A DNA stretch of 64,000 nucleotides from Candidatus Eiseniibacteriota bacterium (GTDB lineage Bacteria; Eisenbacteria; RBG-16-71-46; CAZAMP01), in NCBI GenBank assembly GCA_965224245.1, contig OZ245046.1, forward strand, positions 3,936,001 to 4,000,000, given 5' to 3'. Made by a program: the position numbers and the translations under genes. The notes under the pieces are model-generated. The model was not told the origin of the DNA, searched no databases, and saw only the letters and a list, made by a program, of their open reading frames with translations. Numbering within the stretch: the first letter of the stretch is position 1; every line of letters begins with the position of its first letter. Of the stretch, positions 47,505-58,470 are shown one piece after another.

Positions 47505-50500
47505 CTACGCGTCCGGCGTCAGCGCGATCCGATCCGTGCCCCGGTCCGGCAGCGCCAGCCGCCCGGTGGCGCGCCACCACACGCGCCGGTTCCACAGCGT
47601 GATCCGCTCGGCGATGACGTAGAACGTCGGCAGCACGAGCAACGTCAGCACCGTGGACGCCGCGAGCCCCGCCATGACCGCCCTCGCCATCGGGTAGTAG
47701 TAGCCGTCGCCGATCGACGCGCTGCCGAACGCCAGGGGTACGAGCCCGAGGATCGTGGTGAGCGCGGTCATCAGGATCGGTCGGAACCGCTCCTCGCCGC
47801 CGCGGAGGATCGCCTCGCCGCGGGACAGGCCCGCGCGCCGGTGGTGGTTGATGTGATCGATCAGGATGATCCCGTTGTTCACGACGATCCCGATCAGGAT
47901 CACGATGCCGATCATCCCCAGGATGTTGAGGGGCGTCCCGGTCAGGATGCACATCCAGATCACGCCGATGATCGCGAACGGAATGCACAGCATGATCACC
48001 AGCGGGTGCACGAACGACTCGAACAGCGACGCCATGACGAAGTACACGCAGGCCAGGGCGAGAAGCACGTTCACGCCCATCTGATCGCTCTCGGCCTGTG
48101 CCTCCCGGAACCGGCGACCGAACGACCAGCCGTAGCCCTCGGGCATGTCGAGCGACGACATCAGCGCCTCGACCTCCTCGAGCGCCTCCTCGAACGACTC
48201 GCCCTCGTACGAGGCGCGGACCGGCACCGCGGTGCGGCGCGACTCGCGGTAGATCTGCGACGGCCCGCGGCCGACCTCGAAGCTCGCGATCTGACCCAGC
48301 GAGATGTCGGTGCCGTCGACACGGGAGACGACCATCGCCGAGAGATTTTCGATGCTGCGGCGGCTGCCCGGCTCCAGCACGATTCCGATCGGAACCTCGC
48401 GGTCGGGACCCTTGTAGGTTCCGATCGTCATGCCCCGGAACGTCAGGTTCAGGATCTCGGCCATCGTGCGCGGCGTCACGCCGAAGCGTCCGCTCTCGTC
48501 GGGACGGAGCGACACGCGCACCTCGTCGCGCCCGCGCTCCAGGTCCGAGTGCACGTCCTCGAGGCCGTCAACGGTCTCCAGGCGGCGCTTGGCCTCGGCG
48601 GCCAGCTCGGCCAGGTAGTCGGTGTCGTCGCCGAAGAGCGTCACCGAGAGCTGCTTGGCGCCGTCGTCGGCGTCCTCGCTGCCGATCGTGTAGCGTGTAC
48701 CGGGAATCGTCGGGAGCCGGCCGCGAAGGTACTCGCGAAGCTCGCGGAGCTCGTCCTCGCTGGTGTCGCCCGAGCTGAAGTAGAGCCAGCTCACCAGGTA
48801 GTTGTCGGTGTAGAACGTGTAGACCGACTCCACGCCGAGGCTGTCCCGCTTGGCCAGGAGGAAGCTCTCCAGACGGTCCGCATAGCGATCCACTCCGTAG
48901 AGGTTCACGTTGTCGTCGAACGCGACCTCGATCGGGAGCGCGTCCCGCTTGATGCCTCGATCGCCGTCGGACGCGGGGCTGAACCCGCTGACCTTGGCCA
49001 CCACCACCGTGAGCACGACGCTGGCGGCCACGAGCCCCAGCGTTCCGATCGGATGGCGGATCGCGGTCCACGAGAGCGCCTTCACGTACGCGCGCTTCAG
49101 CGCCTCCAGCGCCCGCGGCATTCGTTCCCCGCCCCCGGCGTGTGCGCGCGACGCGGCGCGGCGGGCGTGCCGGACCACGCGCCCCATCATCAGGGGCACC
49201 AGCGTCAGCGAGATCAAGAGCGAGAAGCTCAGCGCGACGATGATCGTGTAGCCGACCTCGCCCAGCCACACCGCCAGCTCGCTCGACGGCGTGAGGACGA
49301 CCGGCGCGAAGACGCAGATCGACGTCAACGTGGCCGCGATGACGGCGCGGGCGACGTTGCGTGTCCCGGTCAGCGCCGCCGCCTCCGGCGTGTCGCCCGA
49401 GTGCGCCTGTCGCCGGTGAATCGACTCGAGCACCACGATGGCGTTGTCCACGAGCATGCCCGTCGCGAGCATCAGGCCCATCATCGTCAGCACGTTCAGC
49501 GATCGATCCGACAGGTACAGGAACACGCAGGCCGAGACGATCGAGAACGGGATCGCCACCGAGATCACGGCCGTCGTCACGAAGCGGCGCAGGAACACGA
49601 AGATCACCCCGAGCGCCAGCACCGACCCGATCATCCCCGACTTCAGCAGACCGTCGAGCCCCCCCGTGATCTGCTCGGCCTGATCGAAGAACAGGACGAC
49701 GTCGATGCCGTCGAGCGCCGGATCCTCGCGGATCGCGTCGAGCGTCTCGTGCACGCCCCGCGAGACGTCGACGATGTTGGCGCCCGACGCACGCTGGATC
49801 TCGAACGCCACCGCCGGCTCGCCGTTCAGGCGACGTCGGTAGGTGGGGTTCGGCTCGTCGTACACGACGTCGGCCACGTCCCGCAGTCTCACGCCCCTCT
49901 GGTCCACGAGGAGGTTCTCCAGCTCGTCGACCGAGGTGAACTCGCCGATCGCACGGATGCGGTAGCGATTCCCGTCGAGGTGGACCTTTCCCAGGCCCAG
50001 GTCGAGATTGGCGGACGCGATCCGGTCGAAGAGTGCCTGGACGTCCACGCCGTGCTCGAGCACGCGGTCGATGTCGAGATAGATCGAGATGTCGGCCGGA
50101 AGCACGCCGTCGACCTGGACCCGACCGACGCCGTCGACCCGTTCCAGCGGCTTGATCACGTGACGATCCAGAAGATCGTACGCGGACGCGAGGTCCCGGC
50201 CGTGCGCCGAGATGCGGCCCACCATGATCGGGATGTCGTTGGTGTTGAACGTGAAGATGAAGAGGTTCTGGACGTCCGACGGAAGAAGCGGGCGAACCTG
50301 GTCGAGCTTCTCCTTCACCTCGAGGCGAAGCACGTCCACGTCGCGGCCGAACTCGAACCGCACGCCCACGAAGGCGCCGTCGGACTCCGACCGCGAGAAC
50401 ATCTCCTTCACGTCGCCGAGCGTGGCCAGCACCTCCTCCACGGGGCGCGCGATCTCCTTCTCCACCTGCGCGGGTACGGCGTTCGGGTACGGCACGTAGA

Positions 50501-50639
50501 CCCCGATGAACGGGAAGTCCTTTCGGGGCAGGAACTCCAGCGGCAGCCGGGTGACGCTGACGGCGCCCAGAACGGTCAGCAGCAGCACGCCGACGAGGAC
50601 GCCGACCGGTCTCGCGAGGGACAGTTCGGTGATCTTCAC
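47505..50639 (-). CDS. RND efflux permease subunit
   Basis: GMLVDNAIVV, GIVVNNGIILID, RFRPILMT; 1044 aa. Confidence 0.95.
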   Translation of the reverse strand: MKITELSLARPVGVLVGVLLLTVLGAVSVTRLPLEFLPRKDFPFIGVYVPYPNAVPAQVEKEIARPVEEVLATLGDVKEMFSRSESDGAFVGVRFEFGRDVDVLRLEVKEKLDQVRPLLPSDVQNLFIFTFNTNDIPIMVGRISAHGRDLASAYDLLDRHVIKPLERVDGVGRVQVDGVLPADISIYLDIDRVLEHGVDVQALFDRIASANLDLGLGKVHLDGNRYRIRAIGEFTSVDELENLLVDQRGVRLRDVADVVYDEPNPTYRRRLNGEPAVAFEIQRASGANIVDVSRGVHETLDAIREDPALDGIDVVLFFDQAEQITGGLDGLLKSGMIGSVLALGVIFVFLRRFVTTAVISVAIPFSIVSACVFLYLSDRSLNVLTMMGLMLATGMLVDNAIVVLESIHRRQAHSGDTPEAAALTGTRNVARAVIAATLTSICVFAPVVLTPSSELAVWLGEVGYTIIVALSFSLLISLTLVPLMMGRVVRHARRAASRAHAGGGERMPRALEALKRAYVKALSWTAIRHPIGTLGLVAASVVLTVVVAKVSGFSPASDGDRGIKRDALPIEVAFDDNVNLYGVDRYADRLESFLLAKRDSLGVESVYTFYTDNYLVSWLYFSSGDTSEDELRELREYLRGRLPTIPGTRYTIGSEDADDGAKQLSVTLFGDDTDYLAELAAEAKRRLETVDGLEDVHSDLERGRDEVRVSLRPDESGRFGVTPRTMAEILNLTFRGMTIGTYKGPDREVPIGIVLEPGSRRSIENLSAMVVSRVDGTDISLGQIASFEVGRGPSQIYRESRRTAVPVRASYEGESFEEALEEVEALMSSLDMPEGYGWSFGRRFREAQAESDQMGVNVLLALACVYFVMASLFESFVHPLVIMLCIPFAIIGVIWMCILTGTPLNILGMIGIVILIGIVVNNGIILIDHINHHRRAGLSRGEAILRGGEERFRPILMTALTTILGLVPLAFGSASIGDGYYYPMARAVMAGLAASTVLTLLVLPTFYVIAERITLWNRRVWWRATGRLALPDRGTDRIALTPDA

Positions 50640-53600
50640 GCGGCGCCTCCGGTCGCGTCCGCGGCCGCCGTTGCGCCCGAGCGCCCCCGCACCGATCGCA
50701 GGATGCCGAGCCGCAGCCCGTCCGCGAGGTCGTAGAGCACGGGGATCAAGAACAGCGTCAGCAGCGCGCCGATGGTCAGTCCCCCGATCACGGCGATCGC
50801 CATCGGAGCTCGGATCTCGGCCCCTTCGCCGAGACCGAGCGCCATCGGCAACAGCCCCAGGATCGTGGTGAGGCTCGTGATGAGGATCGGACGCAGGCGA
50901 TGCCGTCCGGCCTGGACCAGCGCCTCTCGCCGGGGCAGGCCGCCGGCGCGAAGCTGGTTGACGTAGTCGATCAGCACGATCGCGTTGTTGACGACGATTC
51001 CGCAGAGCAGGATGACGCCGATGAACACGACCACGCTGACCGAGGTCGAGGTCACCGCGAGTGCGGCCACCACCCCGATCAGCCCCAGCGGCACCGTGAA
51101 CATGATCACGAACGGATGCAGGAACGACTCGAACTGCGCGGCCATGACGAGATAGACCATGAACGCCGCCAGGAGGACGGCGAGCACGAGGCTCCGGAAC
51201 GACTCGTCGAGCTCGTCGTTCTGTCCGCCGAGCGCGACGCGCACCTCGGGGGGCAGCGTCATTCCGGCCAGGGCGGCGTGGATGTCGTCGGTCACGCTGC
51301 CGAGATCGCGCCCGATCACGTCCGCGGAGATGATCGCCGCGCGCTCGTGGTCCACGTGGGTGACCTCAGACGGTCCGCGTCCCACGCTCACCTCGGCGAT
51401 GCTGGATAGCAGGATCGGGACCCCCTCGACCTCGGAGACGACCGACGCGGCGATCTCGTCCATCCGGGCGTGACGGGCCCCCGCCGATCGCACCCGCACG
51501 TCGAGCTGACGGTCCCGCTCGCGGTAGGTGGTCGCGATCTGGCCGCGAATCTGATTGCGGAGGACCCGTGCGGCGTCGGTGAGCTCGATGCCGAGAAGGG
51601 CCATGCGCTCGCGATCGAAGCGGACCTGCACCTCCGGGTTGCCGAGCTCGACCGAGCTCGTCACGTCCCGGAGGCCGGGAACGTCCCGGAGCCGGGTCGC
51701 GATCTCCTCGGAGACCCGGCCGACGGTCTCCAGGTCGTACCCGATGACCTCGACCTCGATCGGCGTGTCGAACGTGAAGTACGAGGGACGGCTGAAGCGC
51801 ACGTCGGTGAAGTCGGTGTCCGACAGGCGCCCGCGCAGCCGCTCGATGACGCGGCTCTCGGCGTTCTCGTCGGACGGGTCGGCCAGCCTCACGCCGATCT
51901 GCGCCAGGTTCTCCTTCCGGTCGGCGACGTCGCCGCCGAAGTCGGCGGCCGCGCCGACCTTGGTGAAGAACACGTCGATCTCGGGATCGCCCACGAGCGA
52001 CTCCTCGAGGTCGCCCACCACGCGGTCGGTCACCGCCTGCGGCGTGCCGGCCGGCATCTCCAGCTCCAGCGCGAACTCGCCCTGCGTGAACTGGGGGATC
52101 AGCTCGCGTCCGAGACCGAGGGCGCCGACGGTCGCGAGGACGGCGGCCGCGAGCGCGGCGCCGACCACGAGCCCGCGTCGGCCCAGGACCGCGGTGAGCG
52201 CGCGTGCATACTGGGCCTCGATCCGACCGAGGGGCCGCGAAGCCTCGGCGCGCCGATCGCCGCCTCCGGCGGCGCGTCGCGTGACGAGCCGCCGGAGCCC
52301 GAGCGCCGCGCCACGCACGACCCAGATCACGCGCCACGCGCACGAGAACAGAACGAACCGAAACGCGTGGCGAAGCACGAAGGGCACCCATCCGATCCTG
52401 CGGCGCGGCCGGGCGATCGGTGGCAGGGCGCCGGGGACCTCGGTGAACGCCAGGTCCGCACGCTCGGTCCGTCCGCCCAGCGCGGCCAGCATCGGGATCA
52501 GCGTCAGCGCGATCACGAGCGAGACGGCGAGCGCCGAGGTGACGGTCTTCGCCTGGTCGTCGAAGATCTCGCCGGCAACGCCCTCGACGAAGATGATCGG
52601 CAGGAACACCGCGATCGTGGTCAGCGTGGACGCGATCACGGCCCGCCCCACCTGAGACGCGCCGCGACGCGCGGCCTCGAAGAGATCGTCGCCCTCCTCG
52701 CGCCGCCGGGCGATGGACTCCAGCACGACCACGGAGTTGTCCACGAGCATCCCCACCGCGAGTGCGAGGCCGCCCAGGGACATGATGTTGAGCGAGATCC
52801 CGAGCTGACCCATGACGACGAACGTGACCAGGATCGAGAGGGGGATGGACGCGCCGATGATGGCCGTCGAGCGAACGTCGCGGAGGAACGCCATCAGCAC
52901 GAGCACGGCGAGGATGCCCCCCAGGATCGCGTTCTGCCGCACCTCGGAGATCGCCTGTCGGATGAAGACGGACTGATCGAACAGGACCGACGTCGTCACC
53001 TCCTCGGGGAGCCGCTCGGCGAGCGCCGCGAGGCGTCGCTCGACGCGATCCGCGACGGCCACGGTGTTCGCGTCTCCCTCGCGGTAGATGGCCAGCTCCA
53101 CCGACTCCTGGCCGGACACGCGCGTGATGACGTCGCGATCCTTGTACCCGCGGGCGACGTCGGCCACGTCACCCAGCTTCACCACGCGACCGTCGGCCTG
53201 GTCGAGCACGGTGGACTCGATGTCGGCCAGGCGATCGAACTCGTTGACGGCGCGCACGAGGAACTCCGATTCCCGGTCGCGCAGACGTCCGCCGGACGTG
53301 TTGACGTTCTGCTCGTCGAGGAACGTGGTGACGCGCGTGATCGGGATTCCGAGCGCGGCCAGGCGCGCTCCGTCCACGTCCACCTGGATCTCCTCCTCGA
53401 GTCCACCGGTCACGCGCACGCTGGCCACGCCGTCGAGCGATTCGAGGTCCTTTCGCAGGACCTCGTCGGCGAGATACCGGAGGCGCACCAGATCCAGATC
53501 CCCGTGGAGGCCGATCCGGAGGATCGGATCGAGGTTGGGGTCGTAGCGCAGCAGCACCGGGCTCTCGGCGTCGTCGGGGAGATCGACGAGGTCGATCTTC

Positions 53601-53929
53601 TCACGCACGTCGAGGCTCGCGTAGTCCATGTCGGTCTCCCACGCGAACTCCAGCGTGATGGTGCTCCAGCCGGGCCGGCTGGACGATCGCATCGCGCGAA
53701 GACCGCGCACGACCGAGACCGACTGCTCGATCTCGTTCGTGATCAGCGCCTCGACCTCCTGGGGTGCGGCGTCGGGGAACTCGGTCTGGATGGTCAGTGT
53801 CGGGTACGAGATGTCGGGCAGGAGGGTGATCGGCAGACGGCCGGCGGCCACGAAGCCGAACAGCACCGCCGCCGCGGCACACATCGAGATCGTCACCGGA
53901 TGGGTGACGGCGAAGTTCACGAGGCGCAT
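50636..53929 (-). CDS. RND efflux permease subunit
   Basis: LLPDISYP, GMLVDNSVVV, QFESFLHP, GIVVNNAIVLID, RLRPILIT; overlaps the next start (GTGA). Confidence 0.95.
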   Translation of the reverse strand: MRLVNFAVTHPVTISMCAAAAVLFGFVAAGRLPITLLPDISYPTLTIQTEFPDAAPQEVEALITNEIEQSVSVVRGLRAMRSSSRPGWSTITLEFAWETDMDYASLDVREKIDLVDLPDDAESPVLLRYDPNLDPILRIGLHGDLDLVRLRYLADEVLRKDLESLDGVASVRVTGGLEEEIQVDVDGARLAALGIPITRVTTFLDEQNVNTSGGRLRDRESEFLVRAVNEFDRLADIESTVLDQADGRVVKLGDVADVARGYKDRDVITRVSGQESVELAIYREGDANTVAVADRVERRLAALAERLPEEVTTSVLFDQSVFIRQAISEVRQNAILGGILAVLVLMAFLRDVRSTAIIGASIPLSILVTFVVMGQLGISLNIMSLGGLALAVGMLVDNSVVVLESIARRREEGDDLFEAARRGASQVGRAVIASTLTTIAVFLPIIFVEGVAGEIFDDQAKTVTSALAVSLVIALTLIPMLAALGGRTERADLAFTEVPGALPPIARPRRRIGWVPFVLRHAFRFVLFSCAWRVIWVVRGAALGLRRLVTRRAAGGGDRRAEASRPLGRIEAQYARALTAVLGRRGLVVGAALAAAVLATVGALGLGRELIPQFTQGEFALELEMPAGTPQAVTDRVVGDLEESLVGDPEIDVFFTKVGAAADFGGDVADRKENLAQIGVRLADPSDENAESRVIERLRGRLSDTDFTDVRFSRPSYFTFDTPIEVEVIGYDLETVGRVSEEIATRLRDVPGLRDVTSSVELGNPEVQVRFDRERMALLGIELTDAARVLRNQIRGQIATTYRERDRQLDVRVRSAGARHARMDEIAASVVSEVEGVPILLSSIAEVSVGRGPSEVTHVDHERAAIISADVIGRDLGSVTDDIHAALAGMTLPPEVRVALGGQNDELDESFRSLVLAVLLAAFMVYLVMAAQFESFLHPFVIMFTVPLGLIGVVAALAVTSTSVSVVVFIGVILLCGIVVNNAIVLIDYVNQLRAGGLPRREALVQAGRHRLRPILITSLTTILGLLPMALGLGEGAEIRAPMAIAVIGGLTIGALLTLFLIPVLYDLADGLRLGILRSVRGRSGATAAADATGGAA

Positions 53930-53938
53930 GGTCGCCTC

Positions 53939-55135
53939 CTAGGTGTCGTCGTGGGGTGTGGTCTCGATGACGCGGACCCGCGAGTCGCTCTCCAGCGAGG
54001 ACTGGCCCGCCGTGACGACGACCGCGTCGGGGTCGAGGCCCGAGAGGACCTCGATGCGGTCGTCGTACACGTAGCCGGTCTCGACGCGCACTCGGCGGAC
54101 GCGATCGTCCGTCACGCGATAGACGAACGTCTCACCGCCCTGCTCGACGATCGCCCGCTCGGGCACCGTGATCGCGTTCGGATGACGATCGGTCTCGATC
54201 CGGACCTTCACGAACGATCCGGGTCGGATCTCGCCCACGGCGTCGCGGTCCAGCTCGCAGGTGACCTTGACCGTCCCGGTTCGGCGGTCCACGACCGGCG
54301 CGATCCGGACCACGCGACCGGGGAACGAGCGGGACTCCGCGTCGGACTCGATCGCCACCGGCTGGCCGATGGCCACGCGCCCGACATGCGCCTCGGGCAT
54401 GTACACCCGCGCGAGCAGCGGCTCGGGATCGGCGAGCACGAAGAGCTCGGTGCCGGGCGAGGTGTGATCCCCGACGCCGACCAGCCGCTGGCTGACGATG
54501 CCGTCGAACGGCGCCTCCACGCGGGTGAGGCTCTCGGTGAGCTCGGCCGCGCGGAGCCGGGCCGCGGCGGCCTCGTAGGAGGACTTCGCGGCCACGAACT
54601 CGCTCCGGCTGGTCAGCTCGCGCTCCAGCAACGTGGACTGGCGATTCATCTCCTGGCGGAGGTTCTCGACGTCGGCGCGTCGCTCCTCGAGCTGGATCTT
54701 CTGCTCGCGACCGTCGAGCTCGAGCAGCACCTGTCCGGTGGTGACCCGGTCGCCCTCCTCGACACGCAGCCGGACGATCTGCCCCGTCGTCTGGGCGAGA
54801 AGTCGGGCTTCGTTCTCGGCCTCGAGCGTGGCGGATCCGCTGAAGTACGTGGGCACGTCGCGGCTGTCCGCCGCGGCGACCTCCACGGGAACCGGATCGT
54901 CCTCCTCGGCGTCCGCCGCCTGCGCCGCGCCGGCCGTGCTGTCGGCGTCCGCGCCGACGGCGCTCGTCGAGGTGGAGTCGGCATCCATGATCGCCTGCGC
55001 AACGGCAGACTCGGTTCCACGCTGGAAGACGAAGAGATACCCGGCGGCCGCGAGGATCACGACGAGCGTCAGGATGCCGAAGATCCGACCGCTCGCGCGC
55101 GCCCGGCCTCCCGTTCGATCGGTCGAGGTTGCCAT
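53939..55135 (-). CDS. RND periplasmic adaptor (membrane fusion protein)
   Basis: N-terminal TM, VEEGDRV..GQVL, APFDGIV, VDRRTGTVKV, RPGSF. Confidence 0.93.
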   Translation of the reverse strand: MATSTDRTGGRARASGRIFGILTLVVILAAAGYLFVFQRGTESAVAQAIMDADSTSTSAVGADADSTAGAAQAADAEEDDPVPVEVAAADSRDVPTYFSGSATLEAENEARLLAQTTGQIVRLRVEEGDRVTTGQVLLELDGREQKIQLEERRADVENLRQEMNRQSTLLERELTSRSEFVAAKSSYEAAAARLRAAELTESLTRVEAPFDGIVSQRLVGVGDHTSPGTELFVLADPEPLLARVYMPEAHVGRVAIGQPVAIESDAESRSFPGRVVRIAPVVDRRTGTVKVTCELDRDAVGEIRPGSFVKVRIETDRHPNAITVPERAIVEQGGETFVYRVTDDRVRRVRVETGYVYDDRIEVLSGLDPDAVVVTAGQSSLESDSRVRVIETTPHDDT

Positions 55136-55346
55136 TGCGCTCTGAACTCCAGAACAGCGGCTTGGGGGCGCGCTACCGGGACGGTGAGGAGCTATGATCG
55201 CGGAGTACGTGACCCGGACGACGGTGTTTCACTGGGCGTCGAGTGAGCTGGAACTTCCACGTGGACCGCCGGGTGTCCACGGAGCTCTCGATGCCCCGGA
55301 CGTGACTCGTCACGGCGCACGCGCGCCCACAACCCGGGGCCGGACC

Positions 55347-55991
55347 ATGTCGCGAGGCTTCATCCAACTCTTTTCACTCCAGTCGATTGCCCTTCTCGCC
55401 ATCGGATCTCTCCTGGCGACCTCGGGTCGGGCCGACTCGTCCGGCGGAGACCAGAGCGTCCGCGCCGAGCTCACCTGCGGCGTCGCGTTTCCGACCGACG
55501 ATCACGTGGCGGCGGCGTTCGACTGGGCACCCAGCTTCGGGCTCGGGATCGCCGCGCGCTCCGGTGCGCGGCGCTGGATGGCGATGGACCTCGGTGTCCA
55601 CCGCTACTCGGGGCTCGAGCTCGCCCCCGACCCCACCTTCGAGCTGTCCGACGAGACGATCCGTGTGATCCCGGTTCGCTTCGGGTTCCGGTGGGATCTC
55701 TCCCGTCTCGACGAGGACGCCCCGCCGGCGACGATTCTCCTCGGCGCCGGGCTCGCGACCGCGATCGTCCGATGGGAGGGCTCGCCCGAGCTCGGTGACA
55801 CCGAATCCAGCTCGTTCCGGGTCGGTCCGTACGTGGAGCTCCAGCCGCAGTTCCGCGTGGGGGACGCGTGGCACGTGTTCGTCAGACAGCGCTTCACGTT
55901 GCTCGGCACCTGGAAGCCCGAGGCCCGCACCGACGAGCTGGATCTGAACGACGGCCACCTGACGCTCGGCGTCTCCCGGGAGGTGAACTGA
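55347..55991 (+). CDS. Putative outer-membrane beta-barrel protein
   Basis: Signal peptide, IPVRFGFRW, LGAGL, LTLGVS; TGATG overlap with the next gene. Confidence 0.65.
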   Translation: MSRGFIQLFSLQSIALLAIGSLLATSGRADSSGGDQSVRAELTCGVAFPTDDHVAAAFDWAPSFGLGIAARSGARRWMAMDLGVHRYSGLELAPDPTFELSDETIRVIPVRFGFRWDLSRLDEDAPPATILLGAGLATAIVRWEGSPELGDTESSSFRVGPYVELQPQFRVGDAWHVFVRQRFTLLGTWKPEARTDELDLNDGHLTLGVSREVN

Positions 55992-57016
55992 TGCGATCGA
56001 CCATGGGAGCGGCGCTGCTGGCACTGAGCGCGACGGTGCTCCACGCCCCGTCCGCGAGCACGATGTGCTTTCCGATGACCTGCCCCGACTGCAATCTCAC
56101 GATCGATGGCCAGCTCAACCTGGCGGTGATCGATCGAGCCGCGGGCACGGTCACCCTCGTCCCCAACATCCGGATCGTCGGCGACGCCGAGAGCTTCGCG
56201 CTCATTCTCCCCACCCCCGCGGTGCCGGAGCTCGCGCCGGCGTCGCTGGACACCTGGACCGACCTCGGGCGGCTCACCGCACCCTTGAATGCGCGCAACA
56301 CACGGTCCGGGTGCGGCGTCGAGACGGTCACCTTCGATCCCGCGAGCGTGGACGCGGTCGGGGGAACGTTCGAGGACGTCATCGTGATCGACCAGCTCGA
56401 GGTCGGGAGCTTCGACGTGACCGTGCTCTCATCGGACGATCCCGACGCGCTCACCGACTGGCTCGACGCCAACGGCTTCGCGGTCACCGCCGAGCACGCC
56501 GCCGCGCTCTCGCCCTACGTGGATCGCGGCTGGGTGTTCACGGCGATGAAGCTGCGAGACGGCGTGGACCCGCCCGGCTTCGGCTGGAACTCCAACGTCG
56601 ACCCGGTCTCGGTCACGTTCGAGGCCGATCGGCTCGACGTGCCGTTCGATCTGCTCGGGATCAACCGGGACGCGTCGTACACGATGGTCTTCATCGTCGT
56701 CGACGATCACCGCGTCACGCTGCCCGGCTTCGACACGACGTATGCCAACCGGATCTCGTCGAGCGAGTCCGCGTCGATCGCGAGGTTCTACCCGAGCCTG
56801 GCGCCGATCACGAAGGCGGGACGCATGATCACCCGTCTCGAGCGGCGCTTCGCGGGCGGCGATTCGATGACGGGCCTGGTCACGGTCGCGCGCGCCCCCA
56901 ACGACGACGAGTTCCGACTCGTCCTCCGGGGCGGGGTTCCCCTGGGATGGCTGGGGCTCGTGGCGGCGATGGCGGGGGTGGCCGCCTGGCGTCGCCGCCT
57001 GCGAGAGCGAGGCTGA
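55991..57016 (+). CDS. DUF2330-family exported protein with C-terminal membrane anchor
   Basis: FALILPTPAVP, VGSFDVTVL...ALTDWLDANGF...YVDRGWVFTAMKL; C-terminal TM followed by RRR. Confidence 0.8.
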   Translation: MRSTMGAALLALSATVLHAPSASTMCFPMTCPDCNLTIDGQLNLAVIDRAAGTVTLVPNIRIVGDAESFALILPTPAVPELAPASLDTWTDLGRLTAPLNARNTRSGCGVETVTFDPASVDAVGGTFEDVIVIDQLEVGSFDVTVLSSDDPDALTDWLDANGFAVTAEHAAALSPYVDRGWVFTAMKLRDGVDPPGFGWNSNVDPVSVTFEADRLDVPFDLLGINRDASYTMVFIVVDDHRVTLPGFDTTYANRISSSESASIARFYPSLAPITKAGRMITRLERRFAGGDSMTGLVTVARAPNDDEFRLVLRGGVPLGWLGLVAAMAGVAAWRRRLRERG

Positions 57017-57174
57017 CGCCGGGAAACGGGACGTTCAGGCAGACGAACTCTCGACCTCGGGGAGGGACCTGATCACATGTGGACGACTCGTTCGCCCGGT
57101 CGGCGGAAGGCACGTTCTGGCGATGCGGCGAGGCTCTCAGCAAGGACGGATCGGCAGCCGGCTACGGCGTCGCC

Positions 57175-58470
57175 CTATTGCCGGTCGAGAAGCATGACCC
57201 GGATGACCCGACCGATGGTCAGTCCCTGCACGAGGATCGAGAAGATCACGACCGCGTAGGTCGCGGTCAGGACGGCCTCGCGTCCCGGAAACGCCGGCAG
57301 CGAGAGGGCCAGCGCAACCGAGATCGCGCCCTTGAGGCCTCCCCAGGTCAGGATCCGCACCACGCCCGGCGAGAACTCGTGGCGAAGCCGGAGCACCGAG
57401 ATCGGGCCCAGCACCGACAGGAACCGGGCCGCGAGCACCACGGGCACTAGGATCAGCGCCGCCCCGACGAAGCGAGGGTCGAACGAGATCGCTAGCACCT
57501 CGAGACCCACGAGCAGGAACAGCACCGCGTTCAGCGCCTCGTCGATGAACGACCAGACGACGTCCAGCGCCAGGCGTGTGCGGTCGCGCATCGCCAGCCG
57601 GCGTCCCCGGTTTCCGATCAGGAGCCCGGCGATCACGCACGCGAGGGGGCCCGACGCATGCAGCCGCGCGGCCGTCACCGTGACCGCCATCACGAGGGCC
57701 ACGCTGAAGAACACCTCGAGGTTCGGCTCCTCCAGCCCTCGCATGGCCAGGTAAGTCAGAAACCCGAAGCCGAGGCCCACGGCGACGCCACCGACGACCT
57801 CCCGCAGAAAGACGGCGAGGACGGCGCCCCCGGAGACGCCGGCGGCGTGGACGGCCTCGCCGGGGGCACCGGCGTGGTGCGCGTCGCCGGCGCCGGCGGC
57901 GGCCAGGAGCAGCGAGAAGATCACGACGCCGAACCCGTCGTTGAGGAGGCTCTCGCCCGCAACCTTCGTCTCGAGGCTCGCCGGCGCCCCGACCGACTTC
58001 ATGATGCCGAGCACCGCGATGGGATCGGTCGGCGAGATCAGCGCCCCGAACACGAAGCAGTACGCCACCGGCACGTCGAGGCCGAGCAGCCGAAAGACCC
58101 CGTAGGCGCCGGCGCCGACGATGGCCGTGGACACCACGAGCCCCACCGAGGCCAGTGTGAGGATCGGCGTCCGCCGGGCCATCAGGTCGTCGAAGTTCAC
58201 GTGGAGGGCGCCCGCGAACAGGAGGAAACCCAGCATGCCGTGCATCAGCGCCCGCGTGAAGTCGATCTCGGTGATCAGCGATCGGACGAGCGACCCCACG
58301 CCGAGCGACGGGAAGGCCGCATCGGCGCCCACGACGATCGCCGAGGCGACGAGGCCCGCGACCACGAGCCCGATCGTGAACGGCAGCTTCAGGAGATGGT
58401 GGTTGATCAGTGCGAAGACCGCCGCCACGACCATGAGGACCGACGCGGTGTCGAACAGACCGAACGTCAC
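57175..58470 (-). CDS. CPA1 (NhaP-like) Na+/H+ antiporter
   Basis: FLLFAGALH, FGALISPTDPIAV, GESLLNDG, WGGLKG, SILVQG. Confidence 0.93.
   Translation of the reverse strand: MTFGLFDTASVLMVVAAVFALINHHLLKLPFTIGLVVAGLVASAIVVGADAAFPSLGVGSLVRSLITEIDFTRALMHGMLGFLLFAGALHVNFDDLMARRTPILTLASVGLVVSTAIVGAGAYGVFRLLGLDVPVAYCFVFGALISPTDPIAVLGIMKSVGAPASLETKVAGESLLNDGFGVVIFSLLLAAAGAGDAHHAGAPGEAVHAAGVSGGAVLAVFLREVVGGVAVGLGFGFLTYLAMRGLEEPNLEVFFSVALVMAVTVTAARLHASGPLACVIAGLLIGNRGRRLAMRDRTRLALDVVWSFIDEALNAVLFLLVGLEVLAISFDPRFVGAALILVPVVLAARFLSVLGPISVLRLRHEFSPGVVRILTWGGLKGAISVALALSLPAFPGREAVLTATYAVVIFSILVQGLTIGRVIRVMLLDRQ

Noticed and set aside
47505-55135. MFP plus two RND genes without TolC as a novel system
   Set aside because: Paired-RND operons with the outer-membrane factor encoded elsewhere are common.
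47346-55246. Very long + strand ORFs (1129 and 1258 aa), and similar ones such as 29318-32698, 11561-14344, 1182-3386, 58680-61094
   Set aside because: Antisense or off-frame shadows of clear genes, expected in high-GC DNA; Arg/Ala/Pro-rich with no motifs.
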